From: Candidatus Thorarchaeota archaeon
Lineage (GTDB): Archaea; Asgardarchaeota; Thorarchaeia; Thorarchaeales; Thorarchaeaceae
Length of the DNA stretch: 64,000 nucleotides
Assembly: GCA_016933575.1 (NCBI GenBank)
Contig: JAFGAR010000004.1
Location: forward strand, 1-64,000
Direction: 5' to 3'
Part shown: in pieces, positions 9,967 through 19,502 of the stretch
How positions within the stretch are numbered: position 1 is the stretch's first letter
How the letters are laid out: the number at the start of each line of letters is the position of its first letter
Position numbers and translations under genes: made by a program
The notes under the pieces: model-generated
What the model was told of the DNA's origin: nothing
The model's database searches: none
What the model saw: the letters and a program-made list of their open reading frames with translations, nothing else

Positions 9967-10470
9967 TCATTGTACTTTTGCTTCCAATTCAAACCACTTT
10001 GCGCAGTTCTGACACTGAACCTTTCCTTCCACATTCACAAGCACTCTTGTTGAGTACCTTGCATGACATGATGGGCATTCAAAGTCCTCAGTAAATGTGA
10101 TAGTTCCATCTTCAAGAATGTCTTCAAATCTCTCATAATACTCCCGAATTCTCACCTCTACCTCCTTAAGGGTGGATTCAGCTTGCCCCCATACTCGGTT
10201 TACTGCATAGCTCGCTTGGATTGTGACCATTGCAGAGGAAACATCTCGCTGATATTCTGATAGAATTGTGATGATGACTGGCTCTTGAACTCCACAGGAG
10301 AGGACATCGACTCCATATACAAGATCATCCTTATGACCTGCTTTTGCAACCAATCTTGTCAACCCAGCTTCAAAGAATCCTTTCTGTCGCTCCCAGATAC
10401 TAGGCAATCTATTGAGAAATGATAGAAAAGTTACCTCGTCTACTCCATAAAGTACAGCAGTCTCGACCAT
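9967..10470 (-). CDS. Hypothetical protein with C-terminal zinc ribbon
   Basis: CPSC...CQNC pair at the C-terminus. Confidence 0.7.
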   Translation of the reverse strand: MVETAVLYGVDEVTFLSFLNRLPSIWERQKGFFEAGLTRLVAKAGHKDDLVYGVDVLSCGVQEPVIITILSEYQRDVSSAMVTIQASYAVNRVWGQAESTLKEVEVRIREYYERFEDILEDGTITFTEDFECPSCHARYSTRVLVNVEGKVQCQNCAKWFELEAKVQ

Positions 10471-10798
10471 AGTTACAGAGCCCCTCGGAGAAGTATTTGC
10501 TTCAGAACGTATTGAGCTTTACGATGGTCATTAAGAATAATGGTAGAAATACAGATATCAAACCTGCATGATTCTGGTTATCTTACAATCGCTGTAGACA
10601 TCACTACCTGCACGGGGGCTATTGATAGCTGAAATCTGCGGAGCGACAAGAGTATTCCGTCAGAGGGTCCAGTAGTCCTGATTATGATATATGCCTAAGA
10701 CAATTTATCAGTTCGTTTGTTATCAAATGGTATCGGCAAATATCAGTATAGTTTCTTAAGATTGGCAAGAGCTATGATTCTTTTTTCGTGATATTGCT

Positions 10799-13700
10799 TT
10801 GGAGGAGTCAATCGTGGATTTTGGAAATGTACTGTTAAAGTTGGTGCATAAGAAATCAAAATTCTGCTTTCGAATTAGTGTTGTAATGATTCTTATAGTT
10901 ATGATCTCATTGGTCGAATTTGAGTACGCTGCAAATCAAGCACTACCTGTCGATAATCCAGTGCTGATACCTTATGAGAACACAACTGAGAGTGGTGATC
11001 CTCCACGAAATCCCTCTTCGTTGAAAGGACTTGTCCAAGAACTCATCGATCTCCTGCCTCCATATCCACCAGATGCAGATGACGATGGACTCCCTGATGT
11101 AGTGGAAGCGATTATCGGAACAAACTCTACGAACAATGACACAGACCACGATTCACTGACTGATTACTTTGAGGTATTTGCAGATTCGGACCCCTTAGAA
11201 CCAGATACAAACTTTGATGGACTGCCTGATAAACATGAGTTCTACGTTTCAGTCAGCGACATCGATGGAGATGGCATACCGAATGTTTGGGACTTTGATA
11301 ATGATGGCGATGGTGTCAATGATGACCTTGATGCTGACCCATTCAGAAGGACCAATACACGTATGGAATTTAATATGAGTATAGATTTGAGTGGTGTGTC
11401 AACATACATCACCTTTCAGTTGATACCTGCCAATGTCGAAAACCTACAGCTAGTAGATCAATTCTGGGATTGGCCCTATGATGCAACTGGTGCTATGCAA
11501 GATTTGGATTCTTCCAAGGAAGATGTGAAAGTCATTCCAATGTTGAATATCACACTCAATTCAATTCCTGAACAGACAGATGTGGAAGACTACGGAATTC
11601 AGGTGGTATCGAATGGCATCCATGTTCCTATCAGTCCTGTTATGGAAAATGAGCGAGTAGTGGCATTCAGTAGTAAAATGTTCTTTCCTGCGACAGAGCC
11701 CATTATCTTGATGATGAGCGTGGAACTCGAATGGGAGGTTATCGGGTTCACAGACATTAACGCAATTGCACTAAACTCCTCATCCAAAGGATATGTAATT
11801 ATAAATTCAACCGGATATAGTGTAGCTTGTGAATCCTCAATTGAGAATGCTGCACTTCAACGTGTGATCTGTGGGAGGAACCAAATAGCACTCAAAGAAG
11901 TTGGTGGTGGTTATCTCTCCGTGACTGAGGATGGTCGTGTTGTGGCAAGTGCATCCGATATAGATTCTGATGAAACATTTACTGTTCACTATATCGATGA
12001 TACCATCATCACTCTAGAGACTGCAGATCATAATTATATTGGAATTGGAGATGGTGGATTTCTCATTGCTAATGCAAGTTCTTCAACAGCAGAGCATTTC
12101 AATATGACAGACCTTGGATACAGACCTGATTCCACATTGCTTGTCACATATAATGAAGGTTTCATGCTCACAGGAATGGCTGTTGAAGAGATGCATTCCA
12201 GTAGTGTAGGTTTATTCTATAGCTCAAACAGAAACATGACACTAGCAGCTGATATGATCATACCCTACATCTTTCAACATAATTCAACAAATCATCTTGC
12301 TGATATTCCATCACTCCTACCAGACTACGACATCAGCCTTCAATCCATTACAGATGACTTTTCCCATCGTGACGAGGCACTGATCGCCCTTAGTAATGAG
12401 CTGATCCCATCTGCTCTGGAATACTTGCCTGACAATGAAAATTATCCAATCATCATTGCAACTGAAGATGCTATGAAGACTGCAGACCTATCAGACATAG
12501 TTCCTGAATCCTTTTTGATTACAGGTCCTATTGATCTGAATTTGACAGTATGTGATCTTGTGACATTGAAATCCTCCAAGACACACTTCTATAACACATC
12601 ATCTAAATCAGCTCTCTCTTTGATGGAGGTATTTGATGAGATTGATAGCTGGGCACTCAGTGAAAATGCCACATTCAACATCATATCCATGATGCTTCGC
12701 TGGCACACTGGTGAATATACTATATTTGACCCAAGTACTCCAACGGTACCGTATTCACCTGAAACAAGCCTAGTGGATACAGTTGTCTATGTGACAGTAT
12801 TAGGATTGGAAGCAGTTGGTGTGATTTCTCAAGGCCTAACAGGATGGAAGGCTTGGAAATGGTTGGACTCCATGTATACGAAGGGATGGAACAAGGCATC
12901 AGTTGGTAGGTATCTCAAGACCAAGAGCTCAAGCACCTTGACACAGTGGTCAAAGGTCTGCAAGGGTCTCGATAAGATTGATGATACTTCAAAGTTTGCC
13001 AAATCTGTAAATCGTCTTGATGAAATCATGTTGGTTGTAGGTATCATTATTGATCTAGGGATCTCCATAGCGGGAGGTATTATGCTAGCCAATAGTATCG
13101 GAGGTAGTTTTGGGAAAGCAGTAGGTGCCACATTTGGTACTGTTTCAGCTGTTGTTAGCCTGGTTATAACAGGCATTCTCTATGGAATAGTCCAGATTCC
13201 TTATGTTGGATGGGTATTGGCAATTGGTATGGTCATTGCTGACATGATTGGTGGATACTCAGATGAGCTTGTGTCGTGGTTGACAAATGTGATTGTCGGT
13301 GATGTAGAGGTCTATTCTAAAGTGACACCTTCATTTGATCGAGAAGAAGATTTTGATATCACAATTACAGACAAGGATAACAATGGACTTGATGCCAACG
13401 ATAGAATAGATGTTGTAGCTAGAATAATCGCTATTCTTAATGCGACAGGCCCTGGTCGAAATCAGGGAATTAGTGGTAGCCACAATATTCCAAAAATCAC
13501 TATAGCTCCTCCATGGGGTGCTCTGTACTCCAATACATGGGCGAGTGAACCTGTTGAGGAAGAAAGTGCTACGATGGAAGGAGATGGCTATACTGTCAAG
13601 GAGCGGACATACCGTTGTGAGGCGTGGATTGAACCTAGTACAGGTATGCCCAACTTTCCAGTGACTCTTATCCTGCACAATGATTTCTATTTGAATAATA

Positions 13701-16700
13701 TCTACCGCAATTATTGGCTTGGTCTTTTCCCAGAATATCACTATCAACCGCTGAGTGATTCCGAATCCACTTTAGAGTACGCAACTCTCTATTATGATGT
13801 GATGCCAGATAGTATTGAAAGCTTCACTCGTTGGAGATACATAACTCCTCTCGACCATGACCATGATGGTCTGAATGATGATGATGAACTCCCGGGCATG
13901 GCGTGGAAGTGGGACTTTGATCAGGATGGTCTGAGTGATTATTATGAAACGATCATTGGTTCAGACCCAGGTTCAGCAGATACGGATACTGATGGACTTA
14001 TTGATGGATGGGAACTGAATTATGGAACCAATATCACTGATAGAGACTCTGACAAGGATGGACTGAGAGACCTCAGAGAGATAGCAGGATGGCAGGTTTC
14101 CTTCGAGTTCGAATCCACGCCATTCAAGATCCATGTCTATGCAGACCCAAGAATTCCTGATTCTGAGGGGGATGGGATTGACGACTATAGCGAGTACTGG
14201 AGTAACACCAATCCTCGATCTTACGACACGAATGGTGATGGGACATGGGATGAGGAGAAACCCATGATGCAGTATTCAATAGAGTTCGAACGCAGTTGGG
14301 GCACGGATCAGCCTATCGATACAACATTTGCTAGTATTGAGAGTGACCTCAATGGAGACCTCTATGTCCTAATGGGTGATGGTGGATATTCAAGTGATAG
14401 TAGTTATTATCCAGGTGCAAGTACGTGGTGGATAACAAAACTGGACTCAAATCTCAGCGTTATACCAACAGGTTCCTATTTCTCAGCATTTGATGGAGAG
14501 CCTATATGTAAGCCAGTATTAACAATCGACAAGGAAAATGAAACATTATATTGCCATGATTTCTACTCCTATCCTGCAGACTGCATGTTCGAATCATATA
14601 GTCTTAATGGGAGTACGCATTACGGTACTATTGATACAGGCCAACCATGGATGTATGATGCCAGTTTTTCTCCACCTAACATGCTACATTATATTTGGGA
14701 CATCGAAAGCAGTGGTTTTCTTAGTTTAAATGAGATCCTCACGCCATCATCATGGACTTACGTGTGGGATGAATCCATTCCCAATATTGAATCAGACTTA
14801 GGTACACTTGGTCAGCCCATTTCCTGTGCATATAGCAAAGAGAATCAACTCATGTATGTTGCCTGTCAGAATAGAGTATTTGGTTATGATCCTACTGGAA
14901 CAATCAGCCCATTTCTCTTTGATGGGACGTTCACATATCCAAGGGGAATCACAATTAGTGATGAGAATATTATCTATGTTGCAGATACTGGTGGACATAG
15001 TATTCGTGCCTTTGATCTGAATGGTGAAGCAATTCCCACGTGGGGAATCAATGGAACCTATGGTTTCTCGGGTTATGAGGAGGGGAACTTCACAAATCCT
15101 ATGGACATCACTGTTGGAACTGATGGTTCATTTTACGTTGTCGAGAATTGGGTCGAACATGGAAGGGTTCAGAAATTTGTGTATAATAGTACATGTCAGA
15201 GTGATCAGCTCGTTGCCACCGATGATTCAGACTTTGATGGTCTCACAAATGAGGTCGAAGTAGCTGGATGGTCTACATCGATTACAGACTCCATCGGCAC
15301 TCATCAAGTCAATGTCTATAGTAACCCGCTCCTCAATGATTCTGACTACGATGATTTAGATGATTATACAGAGAATCAGATTGGAACTGATCCCCAAAGC
15401 ATTGATTCTGATGGTGATGGATTGAGTGACGCCATCGAGGTCGAGCTAGGTACTGATCCTCTTCATTGGGACTCAGATAGAGACCTACTTGGTGATGGCA
15501 CAGAGATCACCTATGGTTGTAGCCCTCTATCAGATGATACTGATGGTGATGAGCTCACAGATTTTACGGAGTTCCTACTTAACTCAGATGCAAATTCAAC
15601 AGATACCGACAATGATGGTCTTGATGACAAGACTGAGTTTGATTTCAATTCTAGTCTTGTGAACGCTGATTCGGATGGGGACCTCATGTTTGACGCACTT
15701 GAGTATGAAGAAGGCACGAATCCCAACTCTCTCGATTCTGATGGCGATGATGTAGTCGATGGTATTGAGATGCTATATGGTACGGATACAATGTTAGTGG
15801 ACACAGATGGCGATAGAGCTCCTGATGGGCTCGAGCTTGTGCTCTGGCTTGATCCTCTCTGTTCTGATTCTGATGGTGATGGACTGGGCGACATGGATGA
15901 GTTAGAATTTGGCGTGAATCCATGGAGCAATGATACTGATCTTGATGGGATTCCTGACCTCTACGACCCTGATTCCTTCAACACTGAGTTGCTTGATGTT
16001 CTCATTGTTTCTGACTCAGACATTCTCCTATGGAGTGAAGACTTTTGTGAAAATCTGGATGAACTCGCTGATGTATCCCTTCTTTCCTCTGATAATTTCA
16101 CTTCAAGTTACAGAGATTCTCCATATGTTGTCATGATTGGTAGACCTAAGGCTAATGAAGAAGGAATATGCGGATTGATGTATGATGTCCTTGAGGATAC
16201 TGGTAGTGTCCTTCAGGGAATGATGCAGCCGGGAGCTCACATGATTGCCACTCGATATGGTGTTTGGACAGAGACACAGACTGTAGTGATGTTGACCGAT
16301 GCAACAGGGTATGATGTCTACTCGGTACTTGCAGCACTCAAAGGAAAGGAGGTCACTGTCCTTCCTGACACGATCCGGATTGCGTACTCATCCTGTGCTG
16401 TGAATGCATCCAGCTATGCCGCCCGTTACGTGATGGACTCCATTGATGCCATCAAACAGACAGATTGTATTCTTGCCTTTATGATTGATTCATCTGAGAA
16501 TGTCGTGCTCAATGTGACGAGATACGCTGAGGAAACAACGCCTCATCCCCTAATAGCCAGTTCTGGATTGATGAATGATGAAGTATCTCTTGGAAGATAT
16601 ATAGACATCCAACTCACAGTTGGTGGAACAGAGACTCATGAGGTCGAAGAAGCACTTGTCAAGATGTATTATAGGCAATCTGATCTTGATATGAACAACA

Positions 16701-17029
16701 ATGGATTACTAAACGATACAGTGGATGTCAACGAGACTACATTGGTCCTCTATCACTTTAATGATACAACCGGGGTCTATACGAGACTATCTACTGATTT
16801 GGTTTGGGTTCATGCATGGGGTGTGAATACCACTGATGTTGAGATTTACGGTGAACTCTATGCGGGATATGTATGGGCCAGAGTTACTCACCTATCCATG
16901 TTAGCCATAGCTGGCTCTATGAATGTGTATTCTAGTCCAGACCAATCTCTCCTAATGATTCTGATAGTATCCTCTGGAATTATTGGTATTCTTTTGGTAG
17001 TTTTCCTCATTAAGCGGAGGAAACAATGA
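10799..17029 (+). CDS. Giant membrane-anchored surface protein (DxDxDG Ca-binding repeats, fascin-like beta-trefoil, hydrophobic helical domain, NHL repeats, C-terminal TM anchor)
   Basis: 2076-aa ORF; N-terminal basic+hydrophobic signal; many DxDxDGLxDxxE..GTDP repeats; NHL motifs FTYPRGITI...YVADTG and FTNPMDITV; C-terminal TM + KRRKQ; many N-x-S/T sequons; exact start uncertain. Confidence 0.9.
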   Translation: MEESIVDFGNVLLKLVHKKSKFCFRISVVMILIVMISLVEFEYAANQALPVDNPVLIPYENTTESGDPPRNPSSLKGLVQELIDLLPPYPPDADDDGLPDVVEAIIGTNSTNNDTDHDSLTDYFEVFADSDPLEPDTNFDGLPDKHEFYVSVSDIDGDGIPNVWDFDNDGDGVNDDLDADPFRRTNTRMEFNMSIDLSGVSTYITFQLIPANVENLQLVDQFWDWPYDATGAMQDLDSSKEDVKVIPMLNITLNSIPEQTDVEDYGIQVVSNGIHVPISPVMENERVVAFSSKMFFPATEPIILMMSVELEWEVIGFTDINAIALNSSSKGYVIINSTGYSVACESSIENAALQRVICGRNQIALKEVGGGYLSVTEDGRVVASASDIDSDETFTVHYIDDTIITLETADHNYIGIGDGGFLIANASSSTAEHFNMTDLGYRPDSTLLVTYNEGFMLTGMAVEEMHSSSVGLFYSSNRNMTLAADMIIPYIFQHNSTNHLADIPSLLPDYDISLQSITDDFSHRDEALIALSNELIPSALEYLPDNENYPIIIATEDAMKTADLSDIVPESFLITGPIDLNLTVCDLVTLKSSKTHFYNTSSKSALSLMEVFDEIDSWALSENATFNIISMMLRWHTGEYTIFDPSTPTVPYSPETSLVDTVVYVTVLGLEAVGVISQGLTGWKAWKWLDSMYTKGWNKASVGRYLKTKSSSTLTQWSKVCKGLDKIDDTSKFAKSVNRLDEIMLVVGIIIDLGISIAGGIMLANSIGGSFGKAVGATFGTVSAVVSLVITGILYGIVQIPYVGWVLAIGMVIADMIGGYSDELVSWLTNVIVGDVEVYSKVTPSFDREEDFDITITDKDNNGLDANDRIDVVARIIAILNATGPGRNQGISGSHNIPKITIAPPWGALYSNTWASEPVEEESATMEGDGYTVKERTYRCEAWIEPSTGMPNFPVTLILHNDFYLNNIYRNYWLGLFPEYHYQPLSDSESTLEYATLYYDVMPDSIESFTRWRYITPLDHDHDGLNDDDELPGMAWKWDFDQDGLSDYYETIIGSDPGSADTDTDGLIDGWELNYGTNITDRDSDKDGLRDLREIAGWQVSFEFESTPFKIHVYADPRIPDSEGDGIDDYSEYWSNTNPRSYDTNGDGTWDEEKPMMQYSIEFERSWGTDQPIDTTFASIESDLNGDLYVLMGDGGYSSDSSYYPGASTWWITKLDSNLSVIPTGSYFSAFDGEPICKPVLTIDKENETLYCHDFYSYPADCMFESYSLNGSTHYGTIDTGQPWMYDASFSPPNMLHYIWDIESSGFLSLNEILTPSSWTYVWDESIPNIESDLGTLGQPISCAYSKENQLMYVACQNRVFGYDPTGTISPFLFDGTFTYPRGITISDENIIYVADTGGHSIRAFDLNGEAIPTWGINGTYGFSGYEEGNFTNPMDITVGTDGSFYVVENWVEHGRVQKFVYNSTCQSDQLVATDDSDFDGLTNEVEVAGWSTSITDSIGTHQVNVYSNPLLNDSDYDDLDDYTENQIGTDPQSIDSDGDGLSDAIEVELGTDPLHWDSDRDLLGDGTEITYGCSPLSDDTDGDELTDFTEFLLNSDANSTDTDNDGLDDKTEFDFNSSLVNADSDGDLMFDALEYEEGTNPNSLDSDGDDVVDGIEMLYGTDTMLVDTDGDRAPDGLELVLWLDPLCSDSDGDGLGDMDELEFGVNPWSNDTDLDGIPDLYDPDSFNTELLDVLIVSDSDILLWSEDFCENLDELADVSLLSSDNFTSSYRDSPYVVMIGRPKANEEGICGLMYDVLEDTGSVLQGMMQPGAHMIATRYGVWTETQTVVMLTDATGYDVYSVLAALKGKEVTVLPDTIRIAYSSCAVNASSYAARYVMDSIDAIKQTDCILAFMIDSSENVVLNVTRYAEETTPHPLIASSGLMNDEVSLGRYIDIQLTVGGTETHEVEEALVKMYYRQSDLDMNNNGLLNDTVDVNETTLVLYHFNDTTGVYTRLSTDLVWVHAWGVNTTDVEIYGELYAGYVWARVTHLSMLAIAGSMNVYSSPDQSLLMILIVSSGIIGILLVVFLIKRRKQ
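11072..11345 (+). repeat. Cluster 1 of TSP3-like Ca-binding peptide repeats
   Basis: DADDDGLPD, DTDHDSLTD, DTNFDGLPD, DIDGDGIPN, DNDGDGVND. Confidence 0.8.
13856..14250 (+). repeat. Cluster 2 of TSP3-like Ca-binding peptide repeats
   Basis: DHDHDGLND, DFDQDGLSD, DTDTDGLID, DSDKDGLRD, DSEGDGIDD, DTNGDGTWD. Confidence 0.8.
15224..15975 (+). repeat. Cluster 3: tandem ~22-aa DxDxDGxxDxxE..GxxP repeats
   Basis: About ten consecutive units, e.g. DSDGDGLSDAIEVELGTDPLHW. Confidence 0.85.
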
Positions 17030-17127
17030 TTGAATTGATTCAGAAGAGAGAATGACACATTGTACTGCATGTGAGAGTGTGGAACATCATCCATAAAGAT
17101 CATAGCACGGTAGGACTTTGAAATCAT

Positions 17128-17940
17128 TCATAATGAGGTTTGTACACCAGCGGTGTTTTCTGTCCATTTTACGAACTTGTAGAGAAGCCTGTTGAATTCC
17201 TCATGTTGCTCAATCATGGGAGTATGGCTAGCATCACGAATGACAGCAAGATCTGAGCGTGGAAGGTCTGCTTCGAACTCTCTTACAACTTCAGGACTAA
17301 TTATGTCATCATGTTCACCTACTAGGACAAAGGTGGGTAAATCGATAGCTGTCACCTTATCACGAATGTCAAATCTGTTACAGGCATTCAGGTCTCGCAA
17401 CATGACATTCGGATTTGCCAGTCGCATCTCTTCCTCAAGCTTCTTCAGTCGATGAGCATCTGAATAGTTTTTATGGTCCTTGTTATTGAAAAAGTTGAAG
17501 CGGTCCTGGAGTGTTTCTTTCACAAGGCCTGGCGCTAGTTCTGCAAGTTTCAGATTAGGAGAAGTATCTACAAGGACGAGGGATTTTGGTCGAACAAGAT
17601 CAGATTTGAGAGAATATGACATCGCCACACAGCCGCCCATTGAATGGCCGATGAGAATGAAATCAGATAATTCAAGGTGATTGACAAGACCTGCCACTTC
17701 GAGTGCATACCCTTCTTCAATAGACACTTCCTCGGAGAGTTCATCGGACTTGCCATGACCGGAGAGATCGATTGCGATAGTTCGATTGGACTTGGAGAAC
17801 TCTCTCAACTGCAGAGCCCAGCAGATGTGTGAAGAGCCTGCACCATGGATGAAGATGAGCGGGAGGCCTTGTGATGAGTCATCTCGGTTGTCGATATCGA
17901 CATAGTGAATATTTGCGTCCTTATAGTCAAAGAATGGCAT
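17128..17940 (-). CDS. Alpha/beta-fold hydrolase
   Basis: FIHGAG, DLSGHGKS, nucleophile GHSMGG, GEHDDI and ASHTP triad motifs. Confidence 0.9.
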   Translation of the reverse strand: MPFFDYKDANIHYVDIDNRDDSSQGLPLIFIHGAGSSHICWALQLREFSKSNRTIAIDLSGHGKSDELSEEVSIEEGYALEVAGLVNHLELSDFILIGHSMGGCVAMSYSLKSDLVRPKSLVLVDTSPNLKLAELAPGLVKETLQDRFNFFNNKDHKNYSDAHRLKKLEEEMRLANPNVMLRDLNACNRFDIRDKVTAIDLPTFVLVGEHDDIISPEVVREFEADLPRSDLAVIRDASHTPMIEQHEEFNRLLYKFVKWTENTAGVQTSL

Positions 17941-18043
17941 GGTTATATCTAAAGCGCCATAGAAAAGATATCAATATTGACATTAGCTGCATAAATCAGG
18001 TACCTTTTTTTCATAACTGTGCATTTGAAAACCAGTGAATCTA

Positions 18044-19423
18044 ATGACAGGAAGACTGTTTGGTACTACTGGTGTCAGGAAGGTCTATGGTGAAGAGTTC
18101 GATCTTGAGATGGCATTGAATCTTGGGAAAGCCTTGGGGACCTATCTGAAGGGAGAGGGAACAGTCATCCTTGCTCGAGACGCAAGAACAACAGGATTGA
18201 TGGTGGCCGATACGCTCTCAGCTGGTCTACTCTCTACTGGAGTCAATGTGGTTCGAGGAGGAATCATGCCAACGCCGACTCTTGCTTACACGACAAAGAG
18301 GAAAGGATTTCATGCTGGATTGATGGTGACTGCATCTCACAATCCACCGGAGTACACAGGCATTAAGTTCTGGTCGAAGAATAGTATGGGATTCACACCA
18401 AATGAGGAGAGAGAACTCGAACAGATCTACGAGTCTAAAGAATTCATTGTTGCAGCTTGGGATAAGCTGGGAGAAGAACGTGTCTTAGAGACCGCTGTAG
18501 AGGACCATATTAATGATATTTTGAAAAAATGTGATAGTGACCTGATACGTTCAAAATCATTCAAGGTCATTGTTGATCCAGGAAATGGAGCTGCCTGTGT
18601 TCTGACACCGTATCTGATGCAACAAATAGCATCGAAAGTGATTACAATCAATGGTCAATTAGACGGTCATTTTCCAGGAAGGAAATCAGAACCTGAAGAG
18701 AGCTCTCTCGGTGACCTGATTCAGATGATGAAACAAACCAAAGCGGATCTTGGAATTGCACATGATGGAGATGCGGACAGGGTGGTCTTTGTGACAAGAG
18801 AGGGAGAAGTAATCAGAGGTGATAGAACCATTGCACTTCTTGCCCAAGACTATCTGATGACAGATAAACCAGGGACTATTGTGACCACAGTGGATAGCTC
18901 GCTTGTATTGGACGAGACCATCGAAAATGCAGGAGGAAAGAGCATCCGTACTCCTGTTGGTGACATTCAAGTTGCTATCAAGGTACAAGATACCAAAGCA
19001 GTCATGGGGGGTGAGGCGTGTGGGGTCTTCATACTCCCCGAGTTCCATCTAGCCCCAGAGCCTTTTCTTGCAGCCTGTAGGATCTTGGAGAAGATGGCTC
19101 GTACAGGAAAGAGCTTTGGTGAGCTGATCGCAGAGATTCCAATTTATCCGTTGATGAAGGCGAAAGTGGAATGCTCGAATGACAAGAAACAGGCAGTCAT
19201 GGATAGACTCTCAACAGCCCTGCCAGAGGGATTGAAGGATGTAGTTCAAGTTCTCACCGTTGATGGTATTGGTATCACATTGAAAGAGGGATGGATTCTC
19301 GTTAGACCATCAGGAACAGAACCAGTGATTAGAATTACCTGCGAAAGACCTAGTGCAGAACTGGTTGAAACCACTCTGAATAGTGCAAAAACAATTGTTG
19401 AGAGTGTGATTGATACAACATGA
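18044..19423 (+). CDS. glmM: Phosphoglucosamine mutase / phosphohexomutase
   Basis: LFGTTGVR, phosphoserine TASHNP, metal loop DGDADR, RPSGTEP; exact sugar specificity uncertain. Confidence 0.85.
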   Translation: MTGRLFGTTGVRKVYGEEFDLEMALNLGKALGTYLKGEGTVILARDARTTGLMVADTLSAGLLSTGVNVVRGGIMPTPTLAYTTKRKGFHAGLMVTASHNPPEYTGIKFWSKNSMGFTPNEERELEQIYESKEFIVAAWDKLGEERVLETAVEDHINDILKKCDSDLIRSKSFKVIVDPGNGAACVLTPYLMQQIASKVITINGQLDGHFPGRKSEPEESSLGDLIQMMKQTKADLGIAHDGDADRVVFVTREGEVIRGDRTIALLAQDYLMTDKPGTIVTTVDSSLVLDETIENAGGKSIRTPVGDIQVAIKVQDTKAVMGGEACGVFILPEFHLAPEPFLAACRILEKMARTGKSFGELIAEIPIYPLMKAKVECSNDKKQAVMDRLSTALPEGLKDVVQVLTVDGIGITLKEGWILVRPSGTEPVIRITCERPSAELVETTLNSAKTIVESVIDTT

Positions 19424-19502
19424 TATTTGACCAGAATCTAAATGCAGACAAGGTTTATAGCGATAACAACAACCTGAGGTATGAATTCACGGAGCTGTAG
19501 AT

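Noticed and set aside
10471-10798. ~330-bp intergenic gap as a possible small gene or ncRNA
   Set aside because: No convincing ORF or stable structure found; compatible with divergent promoters
15224-15975. Periodic ~66-bp pattern resembling an array
   Set aside because: Repeats are conserved at protein level with divergent codons, so this is a coding Ca-binding repeat and not CRISPR
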